Origin: Nitrospinota bacterium
Lineage (GTDB): Bacteria; UBA8248
DNA: 36,302 bases
Direction: 5' to 3'
Assembly (NCBI GenBank): GCA_036231405.1
Contig: JAZAHK010000020.1
Span: forward strand, 1-36,302
Position 1 is the stretch's first letter, and every line of letters starts with the position of its first letter. The translations under genes were made by a program, and so were the position numbers. Positions 9,557 through 18,760 of this stretch are shown here, piece after piece. The notes beneath the pieces are model-generated. The model did not search any database, was not told the origin of the DNA, and saw only the letters and a list, made by a program, of their open reading frames with translations.

Positions 9557-9610
9557 ATAAAAAAAGGCAAAAGACTTTAAAAGTCTCTTGCCTTTTTTAT
9601 GTTTTTTGTT
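9557..9610. terminator. Bidirectional Rho-independent terminator
   Basis: ATAAAAAAAGGCAAAAGACTT-TA-AAGTCTCTTGCCTTTTTTAT-like hairpin with A and T tails, between the convergent tauE-like and ABC ATPase genes. Confidence 0.8.
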
Positions 9611-9616
9611 TTTTTT

Positions 9617-10381
9617 TTAATTTCCCCTTACAGCATCGGTAGTCTCTTTTTCAAGTTCTACAAATCTTGGGTCAAAAACGTCTCTCTTATATTCCTCTGA
9701 TCTTGGAAGATCTACTTTAATCACTTTGTGAATTACACCTGGTTGTCCTGCAAGAACAATGATTCTATCTGCAAGAAAAACTGCTTCACTTAAATTATGT
9801 GTAACGTAGAAGATGGTCTTCTTAGTCTTTTTCCATACTTCTACGGTTAATGATTGCAGATCTTCTCTTGTTTGTGCATCTAAAGCACCAAAAGGTTCAT
9901 CCATAAGAAGAAATTCTGGTTCATAAGCATACGCCCTTGCAACGGCAACACGCTGTCTCATTCCTCCAGAAAGATTATGTGGATAAAATTGAGCGAATTT
10001 TTCTAAATGAACTAATTCAAGATATTTCATTGCAATTTCTACTCTTTCTTCTTTTCCTACTCCTTTCATTTCCAAACCAAACTCAACGTTACCAAGAGCT
10101 GTTCTCCAAGGGAAAAGTGCATACTCTTGGAAAACGACTGCCCTGTTTAATCTCCCAGCTTCATCTATAGGCCTTCCATCCAGTTCTATGGTACCACCTG
10201 TTGGATCAAAGAAACCGCCGAGTATATTTAAAAGAGTAGTTTTACCACAACCAGACAAACCAACGACTACTAAAAATTCGCCATCTTCTATTTCAAGATT
10301 GATATCAGTCAGTGCATGAACAAGTCTATCTTTTAATGTGTACTCCATTTCTAACTTTTGAATGCTTACTTTGGAAGACAT
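9617..10381 (-). CDS. ABC transporter ATP-binding protein, NitT/TauT family
   Basis: Walker A GLSGCGKT, VFQEYALFPW, LSGGMRQR, LLMDEPFGALDAQTR, VTH. Confidence 0.93.
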   Translation of the reverse strand: MSSKVSIQKLEMEYTLKDRLVHALTDINLEIEDGEFLVVVGLSGCGKTTLLNILGGFFDPTGGTIELDGRPIDEAGRLNRAVVFQEYALFPWRTALGNVEFGLEMKGVGKEERVEIAMKYLELVHLEKFAQFYPHNLSGGMRQRVAVARAYAYEPEFLLMDEPFGALDAQTREDLQSLTVEVWKKTKKTIFYVTHNLSEAVFLADRIIVLAGQPGVIHKVIKVDLPRSEEYKRDVFDPRFVELEKETTDAVRGN

Positions 10382-10456
10382 TATTTCCCCTATCTATTTC
10401 AGTTAATCAACTATAAATTTACAAAAAATTACTGGCTATTCTATGCCTTCTCAATA

Positions 10457-11329
10457 CTAACCTGATCCTACCTCTGCCATCATACCCCATTTAATGACAG
10501 TGGCTCTTTCCAGTTTTTCAAAAAGGAATTTTTCAATAATAAAACCCACAAGGGCTATAGTAGCTATACCGACAAGCATAAAACCCATATCTAAATCTTC
10601 GCGGCTATCAAAAATCGCATAACCTAATCCCCAGTCACTAGCTGCAACCATTTCCGCTGCAATTCCTGCTCTCCATGCACGTGCAAGACCAATACGTAGA
10701 CCCGACAAAATAAACGGTAATGACCCTGGTAAAGTCACTTTCCGAAAGAGAACCATTCCATTAGCATTCATTGACCTAGCAGCTCTTGTCCATATAGGGT
10801 TTACCGTTTTCACTCCAGTCCAAGTAGCAGAAATAGCAGGCAATGCGGCAGCAAAAGAAGTTATAAATATCATTGTGGCATTTCCAAGTCCGAACCAAAG
10901 AACACAAACAGGGCTCCACGCTAGTGCAGGAATCGGTAGTAACATACTTTGTATTGGAACCATAAATTTTTCAAACCAAACAGAAATTCCCATAGCAATT
11001 CCAATGCTTACTCCAACAACTGATGCTATCGCTATTCCAATCAATATTCTGTAGGAAGTATGCCAAGCGTGAACACAAAGAATACAATTCGTTTCTCCTG
11101 CTTTTAGAAAAATTACTTCGTACCCACGCTGTATAATAGACCCTTCGAAGGTTCCTGGGAAAACACCTGAACGAGGGAAAAGTGCCGGTTCTGCGGCAAC
11201 CCAGGTAAGGAGTTCCCAAATAAGGATAACTGCAATAAAACTTGGAACATTATCTTTTAACCATTGAACCAACCTCTCCCTACCAGATAAAACTGGAGGA
11301 AGTCTTACTTCATCTCTTTGCGTTACCAT
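10457..11329 (-). CDS. ABC transporter permease, NitT/TauT family
   Basis: PIPALAWSP...LWFGLG, EAA-like loop RAARSMNAN, LPGSLPFILSGLRIG, AAEMVAA..GLG. Confidence 0.9.
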   Translation of the reverse strand: MVTQRDEVRLPPVLSGRERLVQWLKDNVPSFIAVILIWELLTWVAAEPALFPRSGVFPGTFEGSIIQRGYEVIFLKAGETNCILCVHAWHTSYRILIGIAIASVVGVSIGIAMGISVWFEKFMVPIQSMLLPIPALAWSPVCVLWFGLGNATMIFITSFAAALPAISATWTGVKTVNPIWTRAARSMNANGMVLFRKVTLPGSLPFILSGLRIGLARAWRAGIAAEMVAASDWGLGYAIFDSREDLDMGFMLVGIATIALVGFIIEKFLFEKLERATVIKWGMMAEVGSG

Positions 11330-11405
11330 TACCCTACCCTCTTTGAAATTAAAAAGACCTTATTTTCTTGATTTTAAAAACCATTTTTTTGTGACAGATA
11401 ATAAG

Positions 11406-11435
11406 ACTATACTCGAAAATAAAGAGACAGCGCAA
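11406..11435 (-). promoter_or_regulatory. Possible sigma70 promoter for the ABC permease/ATPase genes
   Basis: Minus strand TTGCGC-18 nt-TATAGT in the 137-nt gap upstream of the permease. Confidence 0.3.
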
Positions 11436-11466
11436 ATACCGAACCTACTTACCTTTAACCTTTTCT

Positions 11467-11910
11467 TTATTTTTTTAAAGAAGATCCTTTCTTTGCGATT
11501 TTTTTATATTTTTTTGCTACTTCTTCCTTTGCAGTTTTCCCAATGTGTGCACCGTACACACTTTGATCTTCAGGTATCCCTTCTATTCCCCAAGAATTAT
11601 CTTTAGCTACAATAAACACGACATCTTCATCGTCCGTTGAAACCATACTATGCAAGGAATTTGCAGGAATATGAATTATCCCACCAGTTTGCACCGTCTT
11701 TCGCTTCCCATCAATCATCGCTTTCAATCTTCCTTTTTGTACAAAGATAAATTGCTCATTCGGATGTCTATGTGGTCTACTCCCAGTTCCTGCAGGTTTG
11801 TCAATAATCCCAAAAAGCATTTTCTCACCGTCTGCCCATACCCCTTCGGAAGTACTATAACTTGCTCCCGCAAGATTTCTTTTCATAGTTTTTGGATTGT
11901 AAAAAGGCAT
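11467..11910 (-). CDS. Cupin domain protein
   Basis: PHRHPNEQFIFVQKG and GGIIHIPANSLH cupin metal motifs. Confidence 0.88.
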   Translation of the reverse strand: MPFYNPKTMKRNLAGASYSTSEGVWADGEKMLFGIIDKPAGTGSRPHRHPNEQFIFVQKGRLKAMIDGKRKTVQTGGIIHIPANSLHSMVSTDDEDVVFIVAKDNSWGIEGIPEDQSVYGAHIGKTAKEEVAKKYKKIAKKGSSLKK

Positions 11911-11940
11911 ATAATCTCCAAGTTTAATTTAAACAGTATC

Positions 11941-12945
11941 TCATTTAATTTGTATCTCACTCGCAATAGCGAAACCCTTGTTCCCAATTTCCACTGGGCC
12001 ACTACAGCGACTATAAAACAAAGTTCCATTCGTAGGACTTCGCAATTCTTCGACAATTTCTAAAGTATGGGGATCAAGCATTTCTCCTAATAATTCTCCT
12101 CTGCGAACTTTTTTTCCTAAATCTGAGAATTGTGTTTTACGAGAAAGCAGATATCCTCCATGAGAAGGATTCACTTCAACCCTATTTGATTTATCAAAAT
12201 ACAATATCTTGTTTCTTTTTTCTCTTCCGCTAACCATACCAAGATGTATCAAAAGATTACGAAAACCATTTTCCATTGAATCACTATAAAAATTCTCTTC
12301 ACTCTCTGGCAAGTAGGAACCCCCTATTTCAACACTTATTGACGGCTTCCCTTTTTTCAGGGCAACACCAGGAGCACTACTAGGACTTAAGGGAACACCA
12401 TGCACCAATCTCGCTCCTCCCCTAGCAAATGCGTAAGCCATATTTTTAGATTTTTGACCGATTTTTTTTCTAAAATCAAGATCAACATCCACTCTGCATT
12501 GAATTCTTCCAGACGTTCCTCCAGAATGAAATTCAATAAAAAAATCCGAATTATCAATTAGTACAGAGCACAACAAAAAGGCATACCTCTCAGTAAGGGT
12601 CCCTTTCTCCTTTCCTGGAAAAGCTCTCCACAAATTTGTCTGTTCGTGCTGATCAGGAGATTGTCTTAAAAAATTTGAAAAAGCGTATGGATTTGCGACT
12701 GGAACAATTACTAGTGTGCCGGACAACGTTTCTGGGTTCAGAGACTGCAAAAGAGAATAAAAAGAACGAACTGGTTGTGCCTCATCCCCATGCACACAAC
12801 CTTGTACACCAAGGAATGGCCCTTTTCTTAAACCTCTCACATAATGTACCGTGAGTTTGGTTTCAGATCCTGTAAGCATTTTTCCTACATTTAGTTCTAA
12901 TTTTCCAGAACTACCAGGAGAAATATCAAATTTTTCAAAAAACAA
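11941..12945 (-). CDS. Succinylglutamate desuccinylase/aspartoacylase (M14 AstE/AspA) family protein
   Basis: HGDE, VPVANP, NLWRAFPG...GTLTER, EFHSGG, VEIGG and a C-terminal barrel-sandwich hybrid domain. Confidence 0.85.
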   Translation of the reverse strand: MFFEKFDISPGSSGKLELNVGKMLTGSETKLTVHYVRGLRKGPFLGVQGCVHGDEAQPVRSFYSLLQSLNPETLSGTLVIVPVANPYAFSNFLRQSPDQHEQTNLWRAFPGKEKGTLTERYAFLLCSVLIDNSDFFIEFHSGGTSGRIQCRVDVDLDFRKKIGQKSKNMAYAFARGGARLVHGVPLSPSSAPGVALKKGKPSISVEIGGSYLPESEENFYSDSMENGFRNLLIHLGMVSGREKRNKILYFDKSNRVEVNPSHGGYLLSRKTQFSDLGKKVRRGELLGEMLDPHTLEIVEELRSPTNGTLFYSRCSGPVEIGNKGFAIASEIQIK

Positions 12946-12970
12946 AACGCCCTCAGAAGATTTAAAAAAT

Positions 12971-13966
12971 CTACATAAATTGTTTTATGTCTACAACTTT
13001 TCCAGTGTTTGCACTTTCAATAACCGCTTGCAAAACTGCTATCACGTCGCGTCCTTCGGTACCACTCACTTCTGGTTTTGAACCATTCTTAATACAATCA
13101 GAAAATTCTTTAATCTGTTCAGCTAAAGCATCTCCCTCTTCTACAGGGATTTCTTTTCTTGTAGTTTCCTCTTTTCCTTGTAAAAATAATCTAGCACCTT
13201 CCTCTTCACTCCAAGCAGAACCTTCCGTGCCATATGCTGCAGTCAAACAAATTTTTGGAACAACATATGTAGTATTAATAAAACCAAGAGGACCACTATC
13301 AAATTCCAAAATAAAACTTGTAACATCGTCAAGATTTGTTTTTCCATAAAGTTTTTTACTAAATGCTGATACCCTTTTTACCGTTCCGGCAAGATAGACT
13401 AAATTATCTATCATGTGGACACCAAGTCCAGTCATTCCACCAGCAGGACACTCTTCTGGATCGTTTCTCCAACCTGCACGAGCATTTTGGCCTCCAACAT
13501 TTGATAAATTTGCATCTAATTGATGTAATGTTCCAAGTTCTCCCTGTTCGATCATCTCCTTAATTCTCCTATTTGCACCTTGTTTTCTTCGGTGATGACC
13601 TACTTGTAGAATTACCCCTGCACTTGTTGTCGCATCAATTGATTTGTTTGCATCTTCCACTGTAAGGGTAAGCGGTTTCTCTACAAAAACATGCTTTCCC
13701 GCACTTGCGGCTTCACAAATCATTCCAACATGTGTCGAATGTGGAGTCGTTAGAATCACTCCATCTACATGATCGTCATTCAAAACTTCGGAATAACTCT
13801 CAGCTGGCTTAGCACCAAATTCTTCAGAAAAAGAATCTCTTGTCTCTTTTGTTCTAGCAAAACAGCGGGCCAAATCTACATTCCCTGCTCTTGCGGATGC
13901 ATTAGCAAGCATTTTCCCCCAACCACCAAGTCCAACAACACCAAGACGAACGTTGTCTCCTGACAT
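12971..13966 (-). CDS. Gfo/Idh/MocA family oxidoreductase
   Basis: GVVGLGGWG Rossmann motif, TPHSTH, GKHVFVEKP, GVHMID. Confidence 0.92.
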   Translation of the reverse strand: MSGDNVRLGVVGLGGWGKMLANASARAGNVDLARCFARTKETRDSFSEEFGAKPAESYSEVLNDDHVDGVILTTPHSTHVGMICEAASAGKHVFVEKPLTLTVEDANKSIDATTSAGVILQVGHHRRKQGANRRIKEMIEQGELGTLHQLDANLSNVGGQNARAGWRNDPEECPAGGMTGLGVHMIDNLVYLAGTVKRVSAFSKKLYGKTNLDDVTSFILEFDSGPLGFINTTYVVPKICLTAAYGTEGSAWSEEEGARLFLQGKEETTRKEIPVEEGDALAEQIKEFSDCIKNGSKPEVSGTEGRDVIAVLQAVIESANTGKVVDIKQFM

Positions 13967-14059
13967 GTTTATCCTCTCTCCATTAAAATTAAAGTTGGAT
14001 CGAAAGTTATCATTTCATTAGATGCTATTCAACAGTCATCTATAGATTAAGATATGCAA

Positions 14060-14097
14060 GTCCAAAAGTTGACCTTTGGACATAAAAAATATAGGTT
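14060..14097 (+). promoter_or_regulatory. Putative promoter with a palindromic operator overlapping the -35 box
   Basis: GTCCAAA-N8-TTTGGAC (14060-14081) surrounds TTGACC (14069-74); after a 17-nt spacer comes TAGGTT (14092-97). Lies in a divergent intergenic region. Confidence 0.45.
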
Positions 14098-14149
14098 TGT
14101 TTCTCTTAAAAAAACAATGCACATTTATTTTTTCCCAAGGAGTCGAAAA

Positions 14150-14956
14150 ATGCCGTTCCATAGATTTGAAGATTTTGAAGCAAAATATCTAAGTCCACAT
14201 TTATCTTCTGGAGAAGGTCCAGTCATAGAGGGTAAATATATGTATTTCTGTAAAGTAAGAAAAGAACCCGGTACAGGTTCACAGTTTCACTATCATCCAA
14301 ATGAACTTATGATTTTTCCTTTAGTAGGAAGAATAAATGCTATGGTAGGAAAGGAAAGAAAAATCGTTTCTCCTGGAACCTTTGTCCATGTACCTCCTTA
14401 CGCAAGACACTCTATGTTCGCAACAGAAGATAAAAAAATGGAATACCTATACGTCAAAGATCACACATGGACGGTAGTTGGGCTTGCTGCAGACGAAGCT
14501 CCTCCAGAAGAAGCTCCCACAGTCGATGAAATAAATGAAAAACACGATAAAGGTACATGGGCAAGTCAAGAAAGAGATGCTTCAAAATCTAAAATTATTA
14601 TTGATGGGATTAAAAATAACTATTATCCGATCATAGATTCACTAGATGCCCTTGAAAGAACAGGATATCAAGAAAACTGGATACAAGGGGAAAGACTCGC
14701 ATTTGGTTTTATAGAACTTCCCGCAGGAATGGCAGAATCAACTTCAGTTAATGAAAGAGAGCAATTCATATACATATTGTCGGGTTCCCTTCATGCGAGG
14801 GTTGATAGCAAAGAAAAAACCGTAGGAGAAGGTGATATCATCGAGATTCCACAAGGTTCAGAAAGAAGTTTAAAAGCTTCTGATGAGGGTTCAGTTCGTT
14901 ATGCATCGGTGCGTTCAACTCCTGAACTTGAAAAACTGGTCAACGAGGAAAATTAA
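14150..14956 (+). CDS. Bicupin protein (N-terminal metal-binding cupin, C-terminal degenerate cupin)
   Basis: FHYHPNEL...HVPPYARH in domain 1; EREQFIYILSG...EGDIIEIP without histidines in domain 2. Start MPFHRF follows AAGGAG. Confidence 0.85.
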   Translation: MPFHRFEDFEAKYLSPHLSSGEGPVIEGKYMYFCKVRKEPGTGSQFHYHPNELMIFPLVGRINAMVGKERKIVSPGTFVHVPPYARHSMFATEDKKMEYLYVKDHTWTVVGLAADEAPPEEAPTVDEINEKHDKGTWASQERDASKSKIIIDGIKNNYYPIIDSLDALERTGYQENWIQGERLAFGFIELPAGMAESTSVNEREQFIYILSGSLHARVDSKEKTVGEGDIIEIPQGSERSLKASDEGSVRYASVRSTPELEKLVNEEN

Positions 14957-14957
14957 C

Positions 14958-16055
14958 ATGTCTAAGATTGATTCTATTGATCTATATCCAGTAGCAATAC
15001 CATTAAATCATCCTTACAAAAGTGCTACTAGGATGACCGCACATTCTGAGGATATCGTCGTTAGAATTCGTGCAAATGGCGTTTCTGGTTGGGGTGCGGC
15101 AGCCTTGCGTACTTTTCCAACTGGAGAAACCCTTAAGAGTGCGTACAAAATATTGGAAGAACTGCTAGTCCCAGTTATAGAAGGGAAAGATCCTTTCCAA
15201 AGGGAACAAATTCTCGAACAAATGGATAAGATAATTCCATTTCATCACTCTCCAAAGTCGGCGATTGACTGTGCTCTTCATGACTTACTTGGAAAAATAC
15301 TGGACACTCCTGTCTATAATTTGCTAGGGGGTAAAGTAAGAGATGAAATGCCAGCTTTTGATATACTCCCTATTGAATCTCCAGAGAGAACTGCTGAACT
15401 AGTTACAGAGTCTAAAGAAAAAGGAACATTTGCTTTCAAAGTAAAGATGAATAGAGATATCAAGACCAGTGTTAAAAGGGTGCAAAGTGCCCGTGACTCT
15501 GCAGGAGAAAATGCAAAAATTGTAGTGGATGCAAATATGAGTTGGACGCCTAAATTAGCGATTCAGGTATGCACACTTATAGAACCATTTTCTATCACAA
15601 TGCTTGAACAACCAGTGCCTGGTCATGATTTAGACGGACTTGAATTCATAACAAAGAACACGCGCATACCAATTTGCGCAGATGAATCACTTCGACCAGA
15701 CTATCTGGGTGAACTCTTGAGAAGAAGAGCTGCAGACATAGTCAACATTAAAGTAAATAGAGAGGGAGGACTACTTAATTGCAAAAAAGTAGCTGCATGC
15801 ATCAAAGTTTGTGGGATAGAAGGCCTATGCGGAAGTGTAATTCACAGCGCACTTAACGATGCAGCAAGCGCTCATTTCTTTGCATCTACTCCAAATATAG
15901 TATTTAACGAATCAGGAAAATCCCCTTCATGGCACACGGAAGACATAGTTAGCGGATTCAAAGTAGAAAATGGAAAAGTAAAGGTGCCTTCAGGACCGGG
16001 ACTTGGAGTAGAAATTAATGAAGAAGCTATAGATAAATTTAAATTTAAAATCTAA
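14958..16055 (+). CDS. Mandelate racemase/muconate lactonizing enzyme (enolase superfamily, MLE subgroup)
   Basis: SAIDCALHDLLGK...PVYNLLGG, FKVK, VDAN, EQP, DES, NIK, PGLGVE. Start MSKIDS follows GAGG. Confidence 0.9.
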   Translation: MSKIDSIDLYPVAIPLNHPYKSATRMTAHSEDIVVRIRANGVSGWGAAALRTFPTGETLKSAYKILEELLVPVIEGKDPFQREQILEQMDKIIPFHHSPKSAIDCALHDLLGKILDTPVYNLLGGKVRDEMPAFDILPIESPERTAELVTESKEKGTFAFKVKMNRDIKTSVKRVQSARDSAGENAKIVVDANMSWTPKLAIQVCTLIEPFSITMLEQPVPGHDLDGLEFITKNTRIPICADESLRPDYLGELLRRRAADIVNIKVNREGGLLNCKKVAACIKVCGIEGLCGSVIHSALNDAASAHFFASTPNIVFNESGKSPSWHTEDIVSGFKVENGKVKVPSGPGLGVEINEEAIDKFKFKI

Positions 16056-16057
16056 TC

Positions 16058-17143
16058 CTAGAATTCGTACAATTCCGAAGCAGACTCAAAATAGATACGA
16101 TTCTTTGTTTCTTCTGATAATCCATTGAAAATTTTTCTCGGATCGTCAAAATCCCAGTGTGGATAGTCAGAAGAGAAAACAAGTGTTTTATCAGCTTGCA
16201 CCATATCCAGTAATTGCAAATGCTGAACGTTATCTGGAGTTTCACATATTGGTTGTGTTGTAAATCGGACCTTTTCGAGAATATATTCGCTCGGGAGCTT
16301 CGTTAACCAAGGAACCTCATTACGCATAGATTTCCATTCCTGATCAAATCTCCACATCAAACTTGGAACCCATGAATAGCCAACCTCTTGAAAAACGAAT
16401 TTAAGTTTAGGAAATCTTTCAAACACCCCCTCCGCTACCAGGCTAATCACATGCGCTTGTCCAATCATGGGCATTCCTGTGTGAACCTCTATAAAATACG
16501 AAGGAATTCCAACTGGACTCATTGGAGTGTTTACACCAGCAGACTCTCCCGCACCATGGAACCCAATAGGAAGTCCAAAACGCTCCGCCGCTTCATAGAT
16601 CGGGTAATAATGCCTGTTTCCTAAAAGAACATCGAACTCTGGGATTTGAACCTGCACAACATAATCATTGTTCCCTAAGCGTTCAATCTCTTTAACAGCG
16701 AGAAGAGGGTCTCTAGGACCTACATTAATTGCAAGTTTAAGCCGAGAATCTTTTTTAGCCCATTCGTGAAGTAACCAATCGTTATTCGCAGAAATGAATG
16801 CCGCAGCCATATCTGCATCAGGCAAACCTCCAATTCCAAACAAATCACCAGAAATCATAATTGCATGTTCAATTTGAAAAAGATCTAGATGTTTTTCACA
16901 AAAGAATTTCAAATCAGAACCTGGTCTCCCTCCGTCTGGTGGAATAGCGTCGTTTCTCTCTGCACCATGAGGGTGAAAATACCAACGCTTTGGAATCGTA
17001 AAAACATTTCTTGCTGTATTTGAGTCAGGACCTTTACTTGAAGTCTGAACGCCCATCCTTTGCCTCCATTCTTCAGACAAATAAGGATGCAACTGAGACA
17101 TTGAGTTCATTCTTGGATGGACATCACAGTCAATTATTTTCAT
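16058..17143 (-). CDS. Amidohydrolase_2 family metalloenzyme
   Basis: IDCDVHP, PIYEAA...LPIGFH, GVFERFPKLKFVFQE, FSSDYPHWD. Confidence 0.88.
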   Translation of the reverse strand: MKIIDCDVHPRMNSMSQLHPYLSEEWRQRMGVQTSSKGPDSNTARNVFTIPKRWYFHPHGAERNDAIPPDGGRPGSDLKFFCEKHLDLFQIEHAIMISGDLFGIGGLPDADMAAAFISANNDWLLHEWAKKDSRLKLAINVGPRDPLLAVKEIERLGNNDYVVQVQIPEFDVLLGNRHYYPIYEAAERFGLPIGFHGAGESAGVNTPMSPVGIPSYFIEVHTGMPMIGQAHVISLVAEGVFERFPKLKFVFQEVGYSWVPSLMWRFDQEWKSMRNEVPWLTKLPSEYILEKVRFTTQPICETPDNVQHLQLLDMVQADKTLVFSSDYPHWDFDDPRKIFNGLSEETKNRIYFESASELYEF

Positions 17144-17283
17144 TTTCTCTCAATCTAAGTTTTTCATCAATAAAATCCATGGCACTTAGTTAGTAAAAAA
17201 ATACAGTTATGTTACTTTTTTACCATTGATTTAATCTTTCAAACAAACTACGTTGAAAAGAAAAACTTTTGTTTGAGGTCTCA

Positions 17284-18744
17284 ATGTTCAAATCACCCAA
17301 GAACTTTATATTTATAATGGCAGATGAACATAATTCAAAAACTTTAGGGTGTTACGGGCACCCTATAGTCAAGACCCCAAATTTAGACCTCCTGGCAAAT
17401 AGCGGAACTCTCTTTCGAAATGCATATACCAATTCTCCGGTTTGTGTACCTGCAAGAGCTAGTTTTGCAACTGGAAAATATATACATGAAACGGGAAATT
17501 GGGATAACGCATCACCTTATGACGGAAGTCAGAAAGGATGGGGACACCGACTTCAAGAATCTGGGCATCTAGTGACATCTATTGGGAAACTTCATTACAC
17601 GAATACAACTGATCCAACAGGATTCGACAAACAAATCTCACCTATGCATACATTAAATGGACAAGGAGATGTTTTTGGTTCTATTCGTGAGCCATCATTA
17701 CCCGTTAGAAATCAGAGCAGAGATCTTGCTCTTGAAATTGGACCAGGAGAAACCCAGTACATTAAGTATGACAGGGAAATAAGAGATAAAAGTTGTGATT
17801 GGATTCGAGAAATGGCAGATGAAAAATCCGGAAAACCTTGGTTTCTTTTCATCTCTTTCATTGCACCTCATTACCCCTTAATAGTACCAGAAGAATTTTA
17901 CGAAATGTATCCTTTGGATCAAATTGAACTCCCAAAAAAGCGAAAAAATAACATAGATCATCCTTGGTGGGATGCTTTCGAAAAATGCTTTACGTTCGAT
18001 GAACACTTTGAAAATGATGAGAAGAGAAAGATCGCTATCGCTTCTTACTATGGACTGTGTAGCTTTGTTGACGATAACGTCGGGAAGATTCTTGCTGCTA
18101 TTGATGAAAACGGCATCAGAGAAGAAACCAGGATAATGTATGTTGGCGACCACGGGGACAATCTCGGAGCAAGAAACCTTTGGGGAAAGGCTACAATGTA
18201 CGAAGAATCTGTTTCAATCCCAATGATTGTTTCAGGTGAAGGATTCCCTGAAAATTCCACCATAGACACACCTGTTTCCCTAGTAGATTGCTACCCAACA
18301 ATTATAGAAAGTATGGGAGAAGAGCTAAATGAAGAAGATAACGATAGACCTGGAGATTCTTTATTCTCAGTAGCAAACAATTCGACAGATATGTCTCGAA
18401 CGATATTCAGTGAATACCATGCTGCTGGATCGATTAGTGCATCCTTTATGATTAGGAAAAATAAGTATAAGTACATCCACTACGTCGGGTATAAACCGGA
18501 ACTTTATGATATGGAAAACGACCCCGAAGAATTACTTGATATATCCGAAAGACAGGATTCACAGAAAATACTAAAAGAATATGAAAAAATTCTTAGAGAT
18601 ATACTGGATCCAGAAAAAGCAGACGAATCTGCAAAAAAATATCAAAGAGAATTAGTAGAAGCATATGGAGGAAGAGAGTATCTCTTGAAACGCGGTGGGA
18701 TCAACACCACTCCTGCCCCAGGCGGAGAGGCAAAGTTTACGTAA
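17284..18744 (+). CDS. Sulfatase (choline-sulfatase-like, Cys-type formylglycine enzyme)
   Basis: IMADEH, TPNLD, CVPARAS (CxPxR), GKLH, PHYP, GDHG, K.TMYEES, ELYD..DP.E. ATG 17284 follows GAGG. Confidence 0.92.
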   Translation: MFKSPKNFIFIMADEHNSKTLGCYGHPIVKTPNLDLLANSGTLFRNAYTNSPVCVPARASFATGKYIHETGNWDNASPYDGSQKGWGHRLQESGHLVTSIGKLHYTNTTDPTGFDKQISPMHTLNGQGDVFGSIREPSLPVRNQSRDLALEIGPGETQYIKYDREIRDKSCDWIREMADEKSGKPWFLFISFIAPHYPLIVPEEFYEMYPLDQIELPKKRKNNIDHPWWDAFEKCFTFDEHFENDEKRKIAIASYYGLCSFVDDNVGKILAAIDENGIREETRIMYVGDHGDNLGARNLWGKATMYEESVSIPMIVSGEGFPENSTIDTPVSLVDCYPTIIESMGEELNEEDNDRPGDSLFSVANNSTDMSRTIFSEYHAAGSISASFMIRKNKYKYIHYVGYKPELYDMENDPEELLDISERQDSQKILKEYEKILRDILDPEKADESAKKYQRELVEAYGGREYLLKRGGINTTPAPGGEAKFT

Positions 18745-18760
18745 ACAAAATATTCTTTTT

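Noticed and set aside
11068-11090. CILCVH in the ABC permease as a heme c binding site
   Set aside because: The spacing is CxxCxH, not CxxCH.
11941-11943. Other UGA stops (11941, 31451, 36051) as Sec codons
   Set aside because: The proteins are complete at those points, there is no Cys-type motif context, and no family-like continuation follows (11941 and 31451 hit another stop within a few codons).
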